Under the pieces are notes generated by a model, which was given only the letters and a program-made list of their open reading frames with translations, had not been told where the DNA came from and did no database searches. A stretch of 32,000 nucleotides of DNA from Opitutales bacterium (GTDB lineage Bacteria > Verrucomicrobiota > Verrucomicrobiia > Opitutales > PNEW01). This document shows positions 1 to 8,520 of the stretch, one piece after another (within the stretch, counting starts at the first letter, position 1; each line of letters begins with the position of its first letter). The stretch is from NCBI GenBank assembly GCA_965219535.1, contig CBDCNV010000002.1, forward strand, positions 930,001-962,000. The letters are read 5' to 3'. Position numbers and translations under genes: made by a program.

Positions 1-580
1 TCCATTCAGCTATCTCCTTTTCCAAAATTATAACCGGTCTTTCATCATCCATTCTTCTCAGACATGCATTTAGTCGATGTTGACTATCCTGTGGTCCAAA
101 GACCATGGGCATTCTGAGGATGGTTCCCGAAATTGTAGGGTGCGACATGACTCTTTTTTCCACCGCATTTTTATTATCACCCTCGAGCGGAGATAGGCGC
201 AGTGGTGATTCTTCTGTAAGGGGAGTATCAAGAATTTCAGAAGGGCCAGGTGCAGTTGCAATTTCAAAAGCCCGGTAAATATTTCCGCTGCTTATGACGA
301 CAACTCTATCTACAAAACCCTCTGCGATTTCCATCAGCACAGAAGCGTGCTCATCAGAATGGGCAATCATATGAATGATTACCTCTGGAGCAAAAGCAGC
401 AAATTCACTTTTGTATGATTTTAAGTTATCACGATCGCCGATAATTCTCATTGCTGCACACCCGTCTAAATTATCGTGCTCCCCTCGATGAAAAACACAG
501 ACATCATGCCCCTGGCTGATCAGGATCTTAACAGCACAGGCTCCCATGAAGTTGGTCCCACCGATAAACAGAATTTTCAT
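1..580 (-). CDS. NAD-dependent epimerase/dehydratase family protein (extended SDR/NmrA-like). Only the N-terminal 193 codons are present; the C-terminus lies beyond the window start.
   Basis: Absent from the ORF track because the frame is open at the window edge. Hand translation from the ATG at 580-578 gives MKILFIGGTNFMGACAVKILISQGHDVCVFHRGEHD..., with a Rossmann GxxGxxG at residues 7-13. An AGGAGG Shine-Dalgarno (complement of 589-594) lies 8 nt upstream. There is no stop down to position 1. Confidence 0.8.
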   Translation of the reverse strand, partial: MKILFIGGTNFMGACAVKILISQGHDVCVFHRGEHDNLDGCAAMRIIGDRDNLKSYKSEFAAFAPEVIIHMIAHSDEHASVLMEIAEGFVDRVVVISSGNIYRAFEIATAPGPSEILDTPLTEESPLRLSPLEGDNKNAVEKRVMSHPTISGTILRMPMVFGPQDSQHRLNACLRRMDDERPVIILEKEIAEW

Positions 581-719
581 TACTTTGACCTCCTGTATCG
601 CTAAACAATTTAGGCTTAATTAAAATTCTGTTTTAAATATTCCAGAATGTCATCATCCAATTCATCCAGTGATTCACCCATCCGGATTAACTTCGGTCTA
701 AAAGCGAACTGAGATGAGC

Positions 720-1751
720 CTAATAGGTAAGAAGTGCTTTTACCACTTTGAGCTGACTGACGGCTTCTAAGGCATCATTAATTCCATCGATGGGAAAGCG
801 ATGGGTGATGAAATCATTTCCAGAGATCCTGCCCTCGCGCACCCAGTTGGAGAGTGTCTCCTGTGCTTCTTTCTCAAACAACCGCGTGGGCCACTGGTGG
901 ACGAAGATGTTGTAGTTAAAGTCACCTAGTGCATTCGGAACGATGAATTCCTTGGCTCCAGCATAAAACCCGTAAACACACATGGAGCCACCGCGCTTCA
1001 AGAGTGGCAACCCCGCACTAACAAGCTCAGGCACACCAACCGCATCGACCACGGCATCGAGTTGACGTTCTTTGCTTGCTATCTCCGGGGAATCGCGATC
1101 GAAAACATCATCAGCGCCGAAACGTTTCGCACGTTCGCGTTTTTCGGGATGTCGATCAACCAGGCCGATCCAACCGAGCCCAAATAACCGGCCTATTTTG
1201 ACAAAACTTTGTCCCACGGGTCCACCTCCGTAGATCAAAACGTCATCACCCGGTTTTAGATGGAAATCGCGAAAGGCGCCCAACACTTCGCGCCAGGTGC
1301 AAAATAAGACAGCATCTTCGGAGGCAATGTCACTGGCGACAGGGGTCTGAATCTCATAAACCTCAACCCAGCCGTGTTCTTCATCCGCCACTCCATCCTG
1401 CACCATGGCTTCGTGATCATTTGCCAACACGTATTCACAAAACCCACCCCACCCAGATTCTATGCCGTCCACGCCAAGATCAAAGACCAATCCACTGACT
1501 GCACGTTCATTTACTTTGAAATGGCGAACTTTCGCACCGACTTCTTGAACCAGGCCGACGCTCTCATGCCCCAAGGCAAAGGGAAACGCTTTCTCCATAC
1601 CCGGAAAATGACCATTGACGAGTTCGCCGTCCGTTTTGTTGCAAAGGCATGCTACTTCTGTTTTCACCAGTGCCTGGTAGGGGCCCGGTCTGGGAATCGG
1701 CGTGTCGGTAATCTCAACTTGGTTGGGTGCGGTGACAATGACGGTTTTCAC
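720..1751 (-). CDS. Zinc-dependent alcohol dehydrogenase (MDR superfamily)
   Basis: 343-aa ORF with a GTG start. It has a GHESVG catalytic-zinc motif region, a C..C..D N-terminal GroES-like part and a GGGPVG Rossmann motif. Confidence 0.9.
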   Translation of the reverse strand: MKTVIVTAPNQVEITDTPIPRPGPYQALVKTEVACLCNKTDGELVNGHFPGMEKAFPFALGHESVGLVQEVGAKVRHFKVNERAVSGLVFDLGVDGIESGWGGFCEYVLANDHEAMVQDGVADEEHGWVEVYEIQTPVASDIASEDAVLFCTWREVLGAFRDFHLKPGDDVLIYGGGPVGQSFVKIGRLFGLGWIGLVDRHPEKRERAKRFGADDVFDRDSPEIASKERQLDAVVDAVGVPELVSAGLPLLKRGGSMCVYGFYAGAKEFIVPNALGDFNYNIFVHQWPTRLFEKEAQETLSNWVREGRISGNDFITHRFPIDGINDALEAVSQLKVVKALLTY

Positions 1752-1836
1752 GCCGTTAATTCAAATTACAATCGATATTATTACAAGCTTTGATCCTGGA
1801 GCGAACGGGCATGGCATCTAAGAAGGATAAAGACTT

Positions 1837-2307
1837 TTACAGGTCACATACCATGATGTAATTCAGAAACTCTACGCCATTACGCTCTACTTTATTGTCG
1901 CGACTATAGACGAATCCATGGCGTTCGAAAAACGTCCTGGCGGTAATTGACACCTCAGAATAGAGTTGGTTTACACCAGTCTCTTTCGCTATTGATTTTA
2001 CGTGATTCATCAACTGATGCATGGCTCCCTTTCCCGCAAAGGCCGGTGAAACATAAGTTTGGTCTATATGACCGTCAGGATCCATCTCGATATAACCGAT
2101 CAATTGACCCTCGTATTCGAAAACATAAGGTTGTTTTTCCTCACACCTTTTCCGCCAGGCATCGAGATCATAATTGTACGGAGCCCAAGCTTCGAGCTGT
2201 TTGAGATTATAGTCTTTAGCCGCCAGTTCATGGATCGCATTGTGGAAAATTATAGCGATCTGTTCGTAGTCCGGGTCGCGGTATTTTCTAATCGTTCCGT
2301 TAATCAT
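1837..2307 (-). CDS. GNAT family N-acetyltransferase (YafP-like)
   Basis: 156-aa ORF with the GNAT motif A region VSPAFAGKGAMHQLM and a C-terminal FFERHGF. Size is typical of a single-domain GNAT. Confidence 0.85.
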   Translation of the reverse strand: MINGTIRKYRDPDYEQIAIIFHNAIHELAAKDYNLKQLEAWAPYNYDLDAWRKRCEEKQPYVFEYEGQLIGYIEMDPDGHIDQTYVSPAFAGKGAMHQLMNHVKSIAKETGVNQLYSEVSITARTFFERHGFVYSRDNKVERNGVEFLNYIMVCDL

Positions 2308-2343
2308 CTTTCGTTATAGTTAGCGACAATCTTACATCACACT

Positions 2344-2739
2344 TTATTTAAGTTTGATCAACCCTGCTTCTGTATGGCGAAAGCCACACGTCTGATAGAA
2401 ATCTCTATACTCAGGTTCATAATCAACATGCAGCCATGTTATTCCAGCTTTTTCTGATTCTTCCACTGCTACCCGCACACACTCGGATCCAATTCCTTTG
2501 CGGCGGCACTTGGGATCTACGCTGGTGTTGAGTATAAAGGCGTGATCACTCCCATCCCAGGCAACATTGACAAAGCCTACAAGCTTAGCATTGATAAACG
2601 CGCCAACATAAGTCAATGATTGCTTGAGCATGGGTTGAAAATCTTCATTTGTATCCTCCTCCTTAAACCATGCACGGTTCATCAGGGCATTAAGCTCACC
2701 ATTTTGAAGAGTTGGTTTTACTCGGTATTCAATCGGCAT
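2344..2739 (-). CDS. GNAT family N-acetyltransferase
   Basis: 131-aa ORF with VDPKCRRKGIGSECV (R-x-x-G-x-G motif A) and a C-terminal FYQTCGF. Confidence 0.85.
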   Translation of the reverse strand: MPIEYRVKPTLQNGELNALMNRAWFKEEDTNEDFQPMLKQSLTYVGAFINAKLVGFVNVAWDGSDHAFILNTSVDPKCRRKGIGSECVRVAVEESEKAGITWLHVDYEPEYRDFYQTCGFRHTEAGLIKLK

Positions 2740-2835
2740 TGTACTGCATTTCAGGTCTTCAGGGTCTAAAGAGCTATTCGCAGGTCATGGGAAACTACGC
2801 ATTCAGATTCTTCAGTATCACAGTTCTATTGTAAT

Positions 2836-3246
2836 TTAATCTGGTAGCTTTGCTCCGACCTTTTGAACTTCTTCATACGGCTGCAGCCATGCAGTTGATT
2901 CATCATGTATGTCTACCACTTGAATCCTGTTTCCCCAGGGATCACGGAAGTCGCAACGAAACGGCGGTATCGTTTTAATTTCATATTTCTCACTGATCTT
3001 CTCACGAATTTCGGCAACTTGCGCGTCATCTCGAACCATGAGGCCGAAATGTCTGTGATTGTCGACATGGGGTTCATCAGACTGAAAAAGAGCCAGGAAC
3101 TGGTGATTGCCGAGTTGGAAAAAAGCATCACCTTCACCTTCATTCTTGGGTTCGAGATTAAAAACATCGGTGTAAAATTCGATTGCTTTGTCGAGATCAC
3201 CTACTTCGAGAACGATATGATTACAGCCAAATACGCGTACAGCCAT
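2836..3246 (-). CDS. VOC family protein (glyoxalase/bleomycin-resistance/dioxygenase fold)
   Basis: 136-aa ORF. N-terminal CNHIVLEVGDLDKAIEFYTDVFN and C-terminal DPWGNRIQV are typical VOC beta-alpha-beta-beta-beta module signatures. Confidence 0.85.
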   Translation of the reverse strand: MAVRVFGCNHIVLEVGDLDKAIEFYTDVFNLEPKNEGEGDAFFQLGNHQFLALFQSDEPHVDNHRHFGLMVRDDAQVAEIREKISEKYEIKTIPPFRCDFRDPWGNRIQVVDIHDESTAWLQPYEEVQKVGAKLPD

Positions 3247-3362
3247 GGGTTTGTTTCCTATTATTGAGTGATTATTGATGACATCGTTATGCAGTCATAA
3301 TTAAGATTGATTATTATAATTATCGATTCATTAAATCTAAAATAGGTATTGTTGGATAAGGG

Positions 3363-4421
3363 TTAGGACAGATTACGCCCGTACCAAAAAGCTACCGATC
3401 GATAGTAGGCTTCGCAGTCGTTGGCATGACCGTGCTCGATTGAGGCGTGTAGTGATTTTTCGAATGTTATCGGATCGTTGAGGTGTAAGCGATACACGGT
3501 GAAGCGTCCATCGGTCTGGTCGCTGTCTGCTTCGTTCTTGTCTAAATAGGTGACTCCGTATTCGGGTCGACATTCCACTTGTCTGAATCCCCAGGCCAAA
3601 TTGAAATAGTCTTCGGTCCCCGTTCCATGGAGGCGGGGAGGCCACGGTTCACCGTCGATCACAAACATATCGTCACCTTCCCACCATTTTCCTGCACTTC
3701 CAGGTTTGCATTCTACATTGAGCCCTGTCCCGACATAATGTCCCTCCACCCCATCGATCTCAAAGAAGGTATAATTTTCCTCCCAACTTTTATTGACGAT
3801 ACTACCATCACCCTTGCCATGGGGTTGTGGAGCTTGACCTGCCGGTGGGGTAGTGTGCTCTTCATTCAGGGTCGCGTGAAAATGTAATAGGGGATTGGGA
3901 AGAGTCTCGTAGGCTTCCCAATCAATGTAATAAAAAAATATAACTGGCGTGTCGCCGGTGTTCCGGATCTCGATCGCCGCTATTTCCTTAAAGGGCATGG
4001 GAAACAGACAGTTCAGTCCGCCCCGAAAGGGTTTCTCCGTAATGTGAGGTTGCCTGGATACCTGAATGGGAGCCGCGTTCACATCGACAAGCAAGCCATG
4101 ACCAAAGAGGAAAAAGTCTGCGAAGGGCATATCGATTTGCGGCATGGCGGCATCGTCAAATCGGAGCACGAACTGAAGTTCACGATAAATATCTGACGAT
4201 GCACCATTCATCGTCAACCAGATGTGGCGGATAATTCCGGGGCCGGAAAGGGGAGGGACACGGTGGGTCTCACCGGCATCAATTTGCACATAGTCGGCAT
4301 TGGCGCCCAACTGATCATAACTGCTTTCGCGCTTTCTCTTGAACCGTTTGTGTGCGTGTAGATCTTTTAGAATCGGGCTATTCTCCTTCTGGCATAAATA
4401 TGGCAGGTAGCGTTTACGCAT
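3363..4421 (-). CDS. DUF2961 domain protein (GH172-like glycoside hydrolase family)
   Basis: 352-aa ORF. Signatures match my recollection of DUF2961: GPGIIRHIWLT, WEGDDMFVIDGE and HGTGTEDYFNLAWG. Confidence 0.8.
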   Translation of the reverse strand: MRKRYLPYLCQKENSPILKDLHAHKRFKRKRESSYDQLGANADYVQIDAGETHRVPPLSGPGIIRHIWLTMNGASSDIYRELQFVLRFDDAAMPQIDMPFADFFLFGHGLLVDVNAAPIQVSRQPHITEKPFRGGLNCLFPMPFKEIAAIEIRNTGDTPVIFFYYIDWEAYETLPNPLLHFHATLNEEHTTPPAGQAPQPHGKGDGSIVNKSWEENYTFFEIDGVEGHYVGTGLNVECKPGSAGKWWEGDDMFVIDGEPWPPRLHGTGTEDYFNLAWGFRQVECRPEYGVTYLDKNEADSDQTDGRFTVYRLHLNDPITFEKSLHASIEHGHANDCEAYYRSVAFWYGRNLS

Positions 4422-4569
4422 CTCCCAATAGGATCAAGAGAAATTGTGAATATGTGGGCCGAAACCTGTAGAGCTCGACCTCTCTATGTCCGTCAATGTT
4501 GCAAATGGAAATGAATAAAAATGCGTTCCGGGGAATAGAATTAATAATGTATACTCTTAACTTTAATAT

Positions 4570-5550
4570 ATGAAGACACTGAAATTCGAACAGTGTTACT
4601 ACACACTTTGGCTCACCCTCATTCTGGTTGCACCGATCGCGTACGGTGCGTCGACAAAAAACGGTTTTGACCTGAGCAATGCCACCATCCCAATAAAAGA
4701 AATTTTAGGGGGTGGTGTGAAGCGGGATGGCATACCTGCTATTGACCGGCCCAGATTTATAAGCCCGGACGCAGTCGATTATCTTAGGGGTGATGATCTG
4801 GTAGTTAGTGTAGAAAGCGGCGGGGTTTACCGGGCTTATCCTATACGCATTCTCAACCATCACGAAATCGTCAACGATTCAATCGGAGAGGATCACTTTA
4901 CCGTGACTTATTGTCCCCTCTGTGGAACAGCGATGGTTTTTGACCGCATGATCGAGGGACGTGTTGTTGATTTTGGTGTTTCCGGTTTGCTCTTCCAGAG
5001 TGATGTCCTGTTATACGACCGCGAGACGGATAGTCTGTGGTCACAACTGGGGATGAAATCAGTGGCCGGACCGATGGTCGGTAAGGAGCTTAAATGGAGA
5101 GTCAGCGAGCACATGACGTGGGAGGAATGGAAGAAGAATCATCCCGATGGTGAGGTGCTTTCTGAAAGAACTGGTTACCAGCGACCTTATTATTTAAATC
5201 CTTACGATAGTTACGAAAAGTCTCGTGGGACGATGTTTCCCGTATCCATCTACCGCAAAGAACTCAGTCCTAAAACCTGGGTGTTGGGAATAAAAGTCGA
5301 TGGGCACCCCGCGGCTTATGAGCTGGCATTATTTCCACCAAACACATTGGTCAAGGACAGTGTCAATGGAGTAGATATCACCATCGAGTATGACCCGAAA
5401 AAGAAAAAGGCGGTAGTTACGCATGCAGATACCGCGGAAGTTATCCCCTCAGTATTTTCATACTGGTTTGCCTGGCAGGCTTTTTATCCCCGAACGAAAT
5501 TAAGTATGGCTCCGAAGGTAAATAAGCAGAAAAAAAAGAAGGGTGGTTAA
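4570..5550 (+). CDS. DUF3179 domain protein, secreted, with a Lys-rich C-terminal tail
   Basis: 326-aa ORF with an N-terminal hydrophobic signal-like segment. It carries the DUF3179 hallmarks DGIPAIDRPRF and YCPLCGT. The C-terminus is KVNKQKKKKGG. Confidence 0.8.
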   Translation: MKTLKFEQCYYTLWLTLILVAPIAYGASTKNGFDLSNATIPIKEILGGGVKRDGIPAIDRPRFISPDAVDYLRGDDLVVSVESGGVYRAYPIRILNHHEIVNDSIGEDHFTVTYCPLCGTAMVFDRMIEGRVVDFGVSGLLFQSDVLLYDRETDSLWSQLGMKSVAGPMVGKELKWRVSEHMTWEEWKKNHPDGEVLSERTGYQRPYYLNPYDSYEKSRGTMFPVSIYRKELSPKTWVLGIKVDGHPAAYELALFPPNTLVKDSVNGVDITIEYDPKKKKAVVTHADTAEVIPSVFSYWFAWQAFYPRTKLSMAPKVNKQKKKKGG

Positions 5551-5794
5551 TTAACCTCGATTGATTTTTCGAAGAGGATACGATAGCCACAAGCAGAGCG
5601 AAGCGTGATCTTCCAAAGACACAAAATGAGTTTTGTTCTAGAAATGCCATTAACATATATCAAATTGTACCGATTAGATTTATATAGATTAATATTGCAC
5701 CCAACGGGTGCATAGGTTGATAGCCAGAGGTGTAGCAAAGCGAAATCTCTGGACATAGGATGATAACACATCCCGCCCTTAAGGGGGGGAGTCA

Positions 5795-6259
5795 ATGCCC
5801 ATTTCGATGCCTGGAACTTTTAGTAATCTTCAGTACCATCTCGTCTTCAGTACAAAACACCGCCAACCCCTAATATACGATGAATGGCAACCACGATTAT
5901 ATGAATACTTTGGCGGTATACTTCGTGGAGAAAGTGGTGTGCTTTTTGAAATTGGTGGAATGCCAGATCATATTCACCTCCTATTTGGCTGGCGGACTAA
6001 CAAAGATCTAGCCTCCCTTGTTCGCAGTCTCAAAAGTAATTCATCGAAATGGATACACAGCACATTTCCCCAGAGTCGCAAGTTTCAGTGGCAATCTGGA
6101 TATGGGATATTTTCAATTAGCGAATCAGAGATTGAAAAGGTAAGTATGTACATACGAAATCAACGGCAACATCACGCACGAAAAAGTTTTAAGGATGAAT
6201 TTATTGAACTGTTGCGAGTACATCAGATTGAATATGATGAAAAATATATTTGGGATTAA
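5795..6259 (+). CDS. IS200-like Y1 (HUH) transposase / REP-associated tyrosine transposase (RAYT)
   Basis: 154-aa ORF with the HUH motif DHIHLL (H59-I60-H61) and a C-terminal SMYIRNQ motif. That motif is comparable to the catalytic-Tyr helix (QYIENQ) of IS200/IS605 TnpA. The gene is flanked by hairpin repeats. Confidence 0.9.
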   Translation: MPISMPGTFSNLQYHLVFSTKHRQPLIYDEWQPRLYEYFGGILRGESGVLFEIGGMPDHIHLLFGWRTNKDLASLVRSLKSNSSKWIHSTFPQSRKFQWQSGYGIFSISESEIEKVSMYIRNQRQHHARKSFKDEFIELLRVHQIEYDEKYIWD

Positions 6260-6272
6260 TCACCGCTTTGCC

Positions 6273-6297
6273 CGCGCCCCTTCAGGGCGCGTTTTTT
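6273..6297 (+). terminator. Intrinsic terminator-like hairpin (module D) 14 nt after the RAYT stop
   Basis: CGCGCCC-cttca-GGGCGCG followed by TTTTTT. Confidence 0.7.
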
Positions 6298-6376
6298 ATA
6301 ATACCTATTACCAGGGGTTAACACCCCTGGTTAAATGCCTTCACCCCTGCGGGGTGAAAGATTGACTAAAGCTCAC

Positions 6377-6775
6377 TGCGCCCAATGGGTGCAAAGGTAA
6401 TAGCCAGAGGTGCAGCGAAGCGAAATCTCTGGACCGCTGCACCCAACGGGTGCAAAGGCAATTAGCCAGAGGTGTAGCGACGCGAAACCTCTGGACAATA
6501 GATTATAACATATCCCGCCCTGAAAGGGCGGCGGTAATTGCGTATCGTTTTAGAATAAAAATGTAATTGTTACCCTGGCGCCCCTTCCGGGCGCGTTTTT
6601 TATAATACCTATTACCAGGGGTTAACACCCCTGGCTAAATGCCTTCACCCCTGCGGGGTGATAGATTAACTAAAGCTCACTGCACCCAACGGGTGCAATG
6701 GTTAGTAGCCAGAAGTGTAGCGAAGCGAAACCTCTGGACAATAGATTTATAACATACACCGCCCTGAAGGGGCGG
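6377..6775 (+). repeat. Gene-less tandem copies of the RAYT-flanking hairpin modules, in the order A-B-A-B-C-D-E-F-A-B-C
   Basis: A 6377-6393, 6438-6454, 6681-6697. B 6404-6432, 6466-6494, 6709-6737. C 6515-6531, 6759-6775. D 6578-6602. E 6615-6634. F 6645-6661. The D-to-D period is 305 bp. Confidence 0.9.
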
Positions 6776-6849
6776 AGGTAAATACCTATCGCTATGGGAT
6801 ATAATTACTATTTTTTCCCTACGTCCTCTTATAATTATTACAAGATTGA

Positions 6850-6953
6850 GGTGGAACGCGGTGTCCTCACCGCGTTTCTTCAGTTACAGTTAATAATAGA
6901 AGCGCGCTAGGGACCAACCTTCGCCAAGGCTATGGCAGGCAGCTCGCTCCACC
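6850..6953. repeat. GGTGGA...TCCACC mini-element bounded by inverted repeats, with internal hairpins
   Basis: It starts GGTGGAACGCGGTGtcctCACCGCGT and ends GCGCGCTAGGGAC...CTCGCTCCACC. It is related to the element at 20477-20560. Confidence 0.6.
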
Positions 6954-7009
6954 TAATTGCAATAAATTAATTATCGGATTAAGACGAAGAGTCTTATAGG
7001 ATATAGGGG

Positions 7010-7804
7010 TTATGGTTTTGAAGCTTCAACCTCAAGTCTGAGCATGCTGAGATGGGTCATGCCGTCTTCATCTGGAGGGTGGCGATGGAGATACTCGTCA
7101 ATAGCCTGTTGAAGAAACTTGTCGCGCTCACTCTCGGGAACTCGCTGGGTGTAGGGTAACCATGTTGTCCTCACCCAACTTTTAAATCCCGGGATGTCAT
7201 GGACCATGTCTTTTGGAATCAATTCAACGCGCTTAACAGCGAAACCGGCTTCGGACAGCCAGGGATAATAGTCATCAGGATCATAGAAATTGTATGGAAA
7301 TGTGAAGTCATTGAAGTACTCACGCCAGGGATCCATCTCAATTAACTGCTCAAATACGCTGACCATGTCGGCCGCGTTACGTTTGCCTCCACCCATCTGC
7401 AGCAGCATCTTGCCACCAGAGCAAAGACTGCTCTCTATGCCTTGCAATACTGAGAGATGATCTTTTACCCAGTGAAGTGCGGCGTTTGAGAATACAAGAT
7501 CGAATTCATTATTGAATGGCAGGTCGCGAGCATCGTGCTCGGCGAAACTAATATTTGAACGCTCGCTATTTGCATAACGGTTTTGAGCGAGCTGGATCAT
7601 TTCATGAGAGCTGTCGATACCCACGATCGATCCCTCTTTTATGATGTCCGCGATTTCAGCTGTGACCTTGCCGTCACCACACCCAACGTCGAGCACCCGC
7701 TCGTCACCTTTCAGATCGAGCTTCGCGATAAGTTCACGCGCCCACATCTGCTGTATGGAGGAACTTTGTTCATAGTCTGATGCGTCCCAGGTATACTTAT
7801 CCAT
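7010..7804 (-). CDS. Class I SAM-dependent methyltransferase (trans-aconitate methyltransferase-like)
   Basis: 264-aa ORF with the SAM-binding motif I VLDVGCGDGKVT and the N-terminal WDASDYEQSSSIQ typical of Tam-like enzymes. Confidence 0.85.
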   Translation of the reverse strand: MDKYTWDASDYEQSSSIQQMWARELIAKLDLKGDERVLDVGCGDGKVTAEIADIIKEGSIVGIDSSHEMIQLAQNRYANSERSNISFAEHDARDLPFNNEFDLVFSNAALHWVKDHLSVLQGIESSLCSGGKMLLQMGGGKRNAADMVSVFEQLIEMDPWREYFNDFTFPYNFYDPDDYYPWLSEAGFAVKRVELIPKDMVHDIPGFKSWVRTTWLPYTQRVPESERDKFLQQAIDEYLHRHPPDEDGMTHLSMLRLEVEASKP

Positions 7805-8519
7805 TAGAACTAAAAATATATCGTTTTAGGTCTTTGGTTTTTTTGCATTTTATCGAACCGTAAGTCTCAGACCAATAGTCGGCATCGATAATTTCAAACC
7901 CACTTGATTTAATCATCCCTTCTAATATCCAGGAAAAGGTACTGAACTCTTCGTTAACGTGAACTTCAAACGCCTCTCTGGACCAGGCTCCCCTGGATGT
8001 GACTTTTTCTATCCAGGAATCAATAGAGGTTTGATAATTTTCCGGATGAAAGGAAAAAATAACATCAACGAGATAGAAAATTCCTCCGCCTCTGAGATTT
8101 TTATTTATCTTCAAAAGGGCAATTGCTTTCCAGAAATCAGGAAGATGGTGAAGGGTGAATTTTGATAAGACAAAATCTACCGCATCCTCCTGGTGTTCAT
8201 AAGATAAAAAACCGGCATGATGAGTAGAGATATTCTTAATACCCTGCTTCTGAGCGGAACCAGCGATATAATCGAGCATGGCCCTGGAAGTATCGATAGC
8301 AAAGACCTGATTGCATTTTTCAGCTAACGCAATACTGAGAGCGCCCGTGCCAGGGCCATATTCAATAACGGTATGATTGCTGTTGATTCCCAGTTTCTCA
8401 ACGAGCTCTCTCTCGTTATCTATGTTTGACCCTTGATTTTTATCATAGCCCGCGACCACCCTAGGGTTAGTAAAATCAATAGTTTGCTCAGTGAATTCGT
8501 TGAATGTATATTTGCTCAT
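7797..8519 (-). CDS. Class I SAM-dependent methyltransferase
   Basis: 240-aa ORF with the motif I VIEYGPGTGALS. Its 3' end overlaps the start of the downstream methyltransferase by 8 nt. Confidence 0.8.
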   Translation of the reverse strand: MSKYTFNEFTEQTIDFTNPRVVAGYDKNQGSNIDNERELVEKLGINSNHTVIEYGPGTGALSIALAEKCNQVFAIDTSRAMLDYIAGSAQKQGIKNISTHHAGFLSYEHQEDAVDFVLSKFTLHHLPDFWKAIALLKINKNLRGGGIFYLVDVIFSFHPENYQTSIDSWIEKVTSRGAWSREAFEVHVNEEFSTFSWILEGMIKSSGFEIIDADYWSETYGSIKCKKTKDLKRYIFSSNG

Positions 8520-8520
8520 T

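Larger units (their letters stand above)
5696..6357 (+). mobile_element. IS200-like/RAYT unit: left hairpin modules A-B-C, the transposase gene, then right hairpin modules D-E-F
   Basis: Hairpins are A 5696-5712, B 5724-5752, C 5772-5789, then the gene at 5795-6259, then D 6273-6291 (+T-run), E 6311-6330 and F 6341-6357. The same modules recur downstream without a gene. Confidence 0.7.

Noticed and set aside
616-681. A 21-codon acidic minus-strand micro-ORF (MGESLDELDDDILEYLKQNFN) between the epimerase and ADH genes
   Set aside because: It has no SD or promoter-like signal. It may be a remnant of a gene end, and the evidence is insufficient to call it.
4422-4569. The divergent DUF2961/DUF3179 intergenic region as a shared regulatory region
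   Set aside because: It is AT-rich, as expected for divergent promoters, but I could not identify a convincing palindromic operator or a conserved motif.
6273-6790. A regularly spaced repeat array that could be mistaken for a CRISPR locus
   Set aside because: The period is about 305 bp, not 60-75 bp. The repeated material is a string of six different palindromic modules rather than one repeat separated by unique spacers. No cas genes are nearby.
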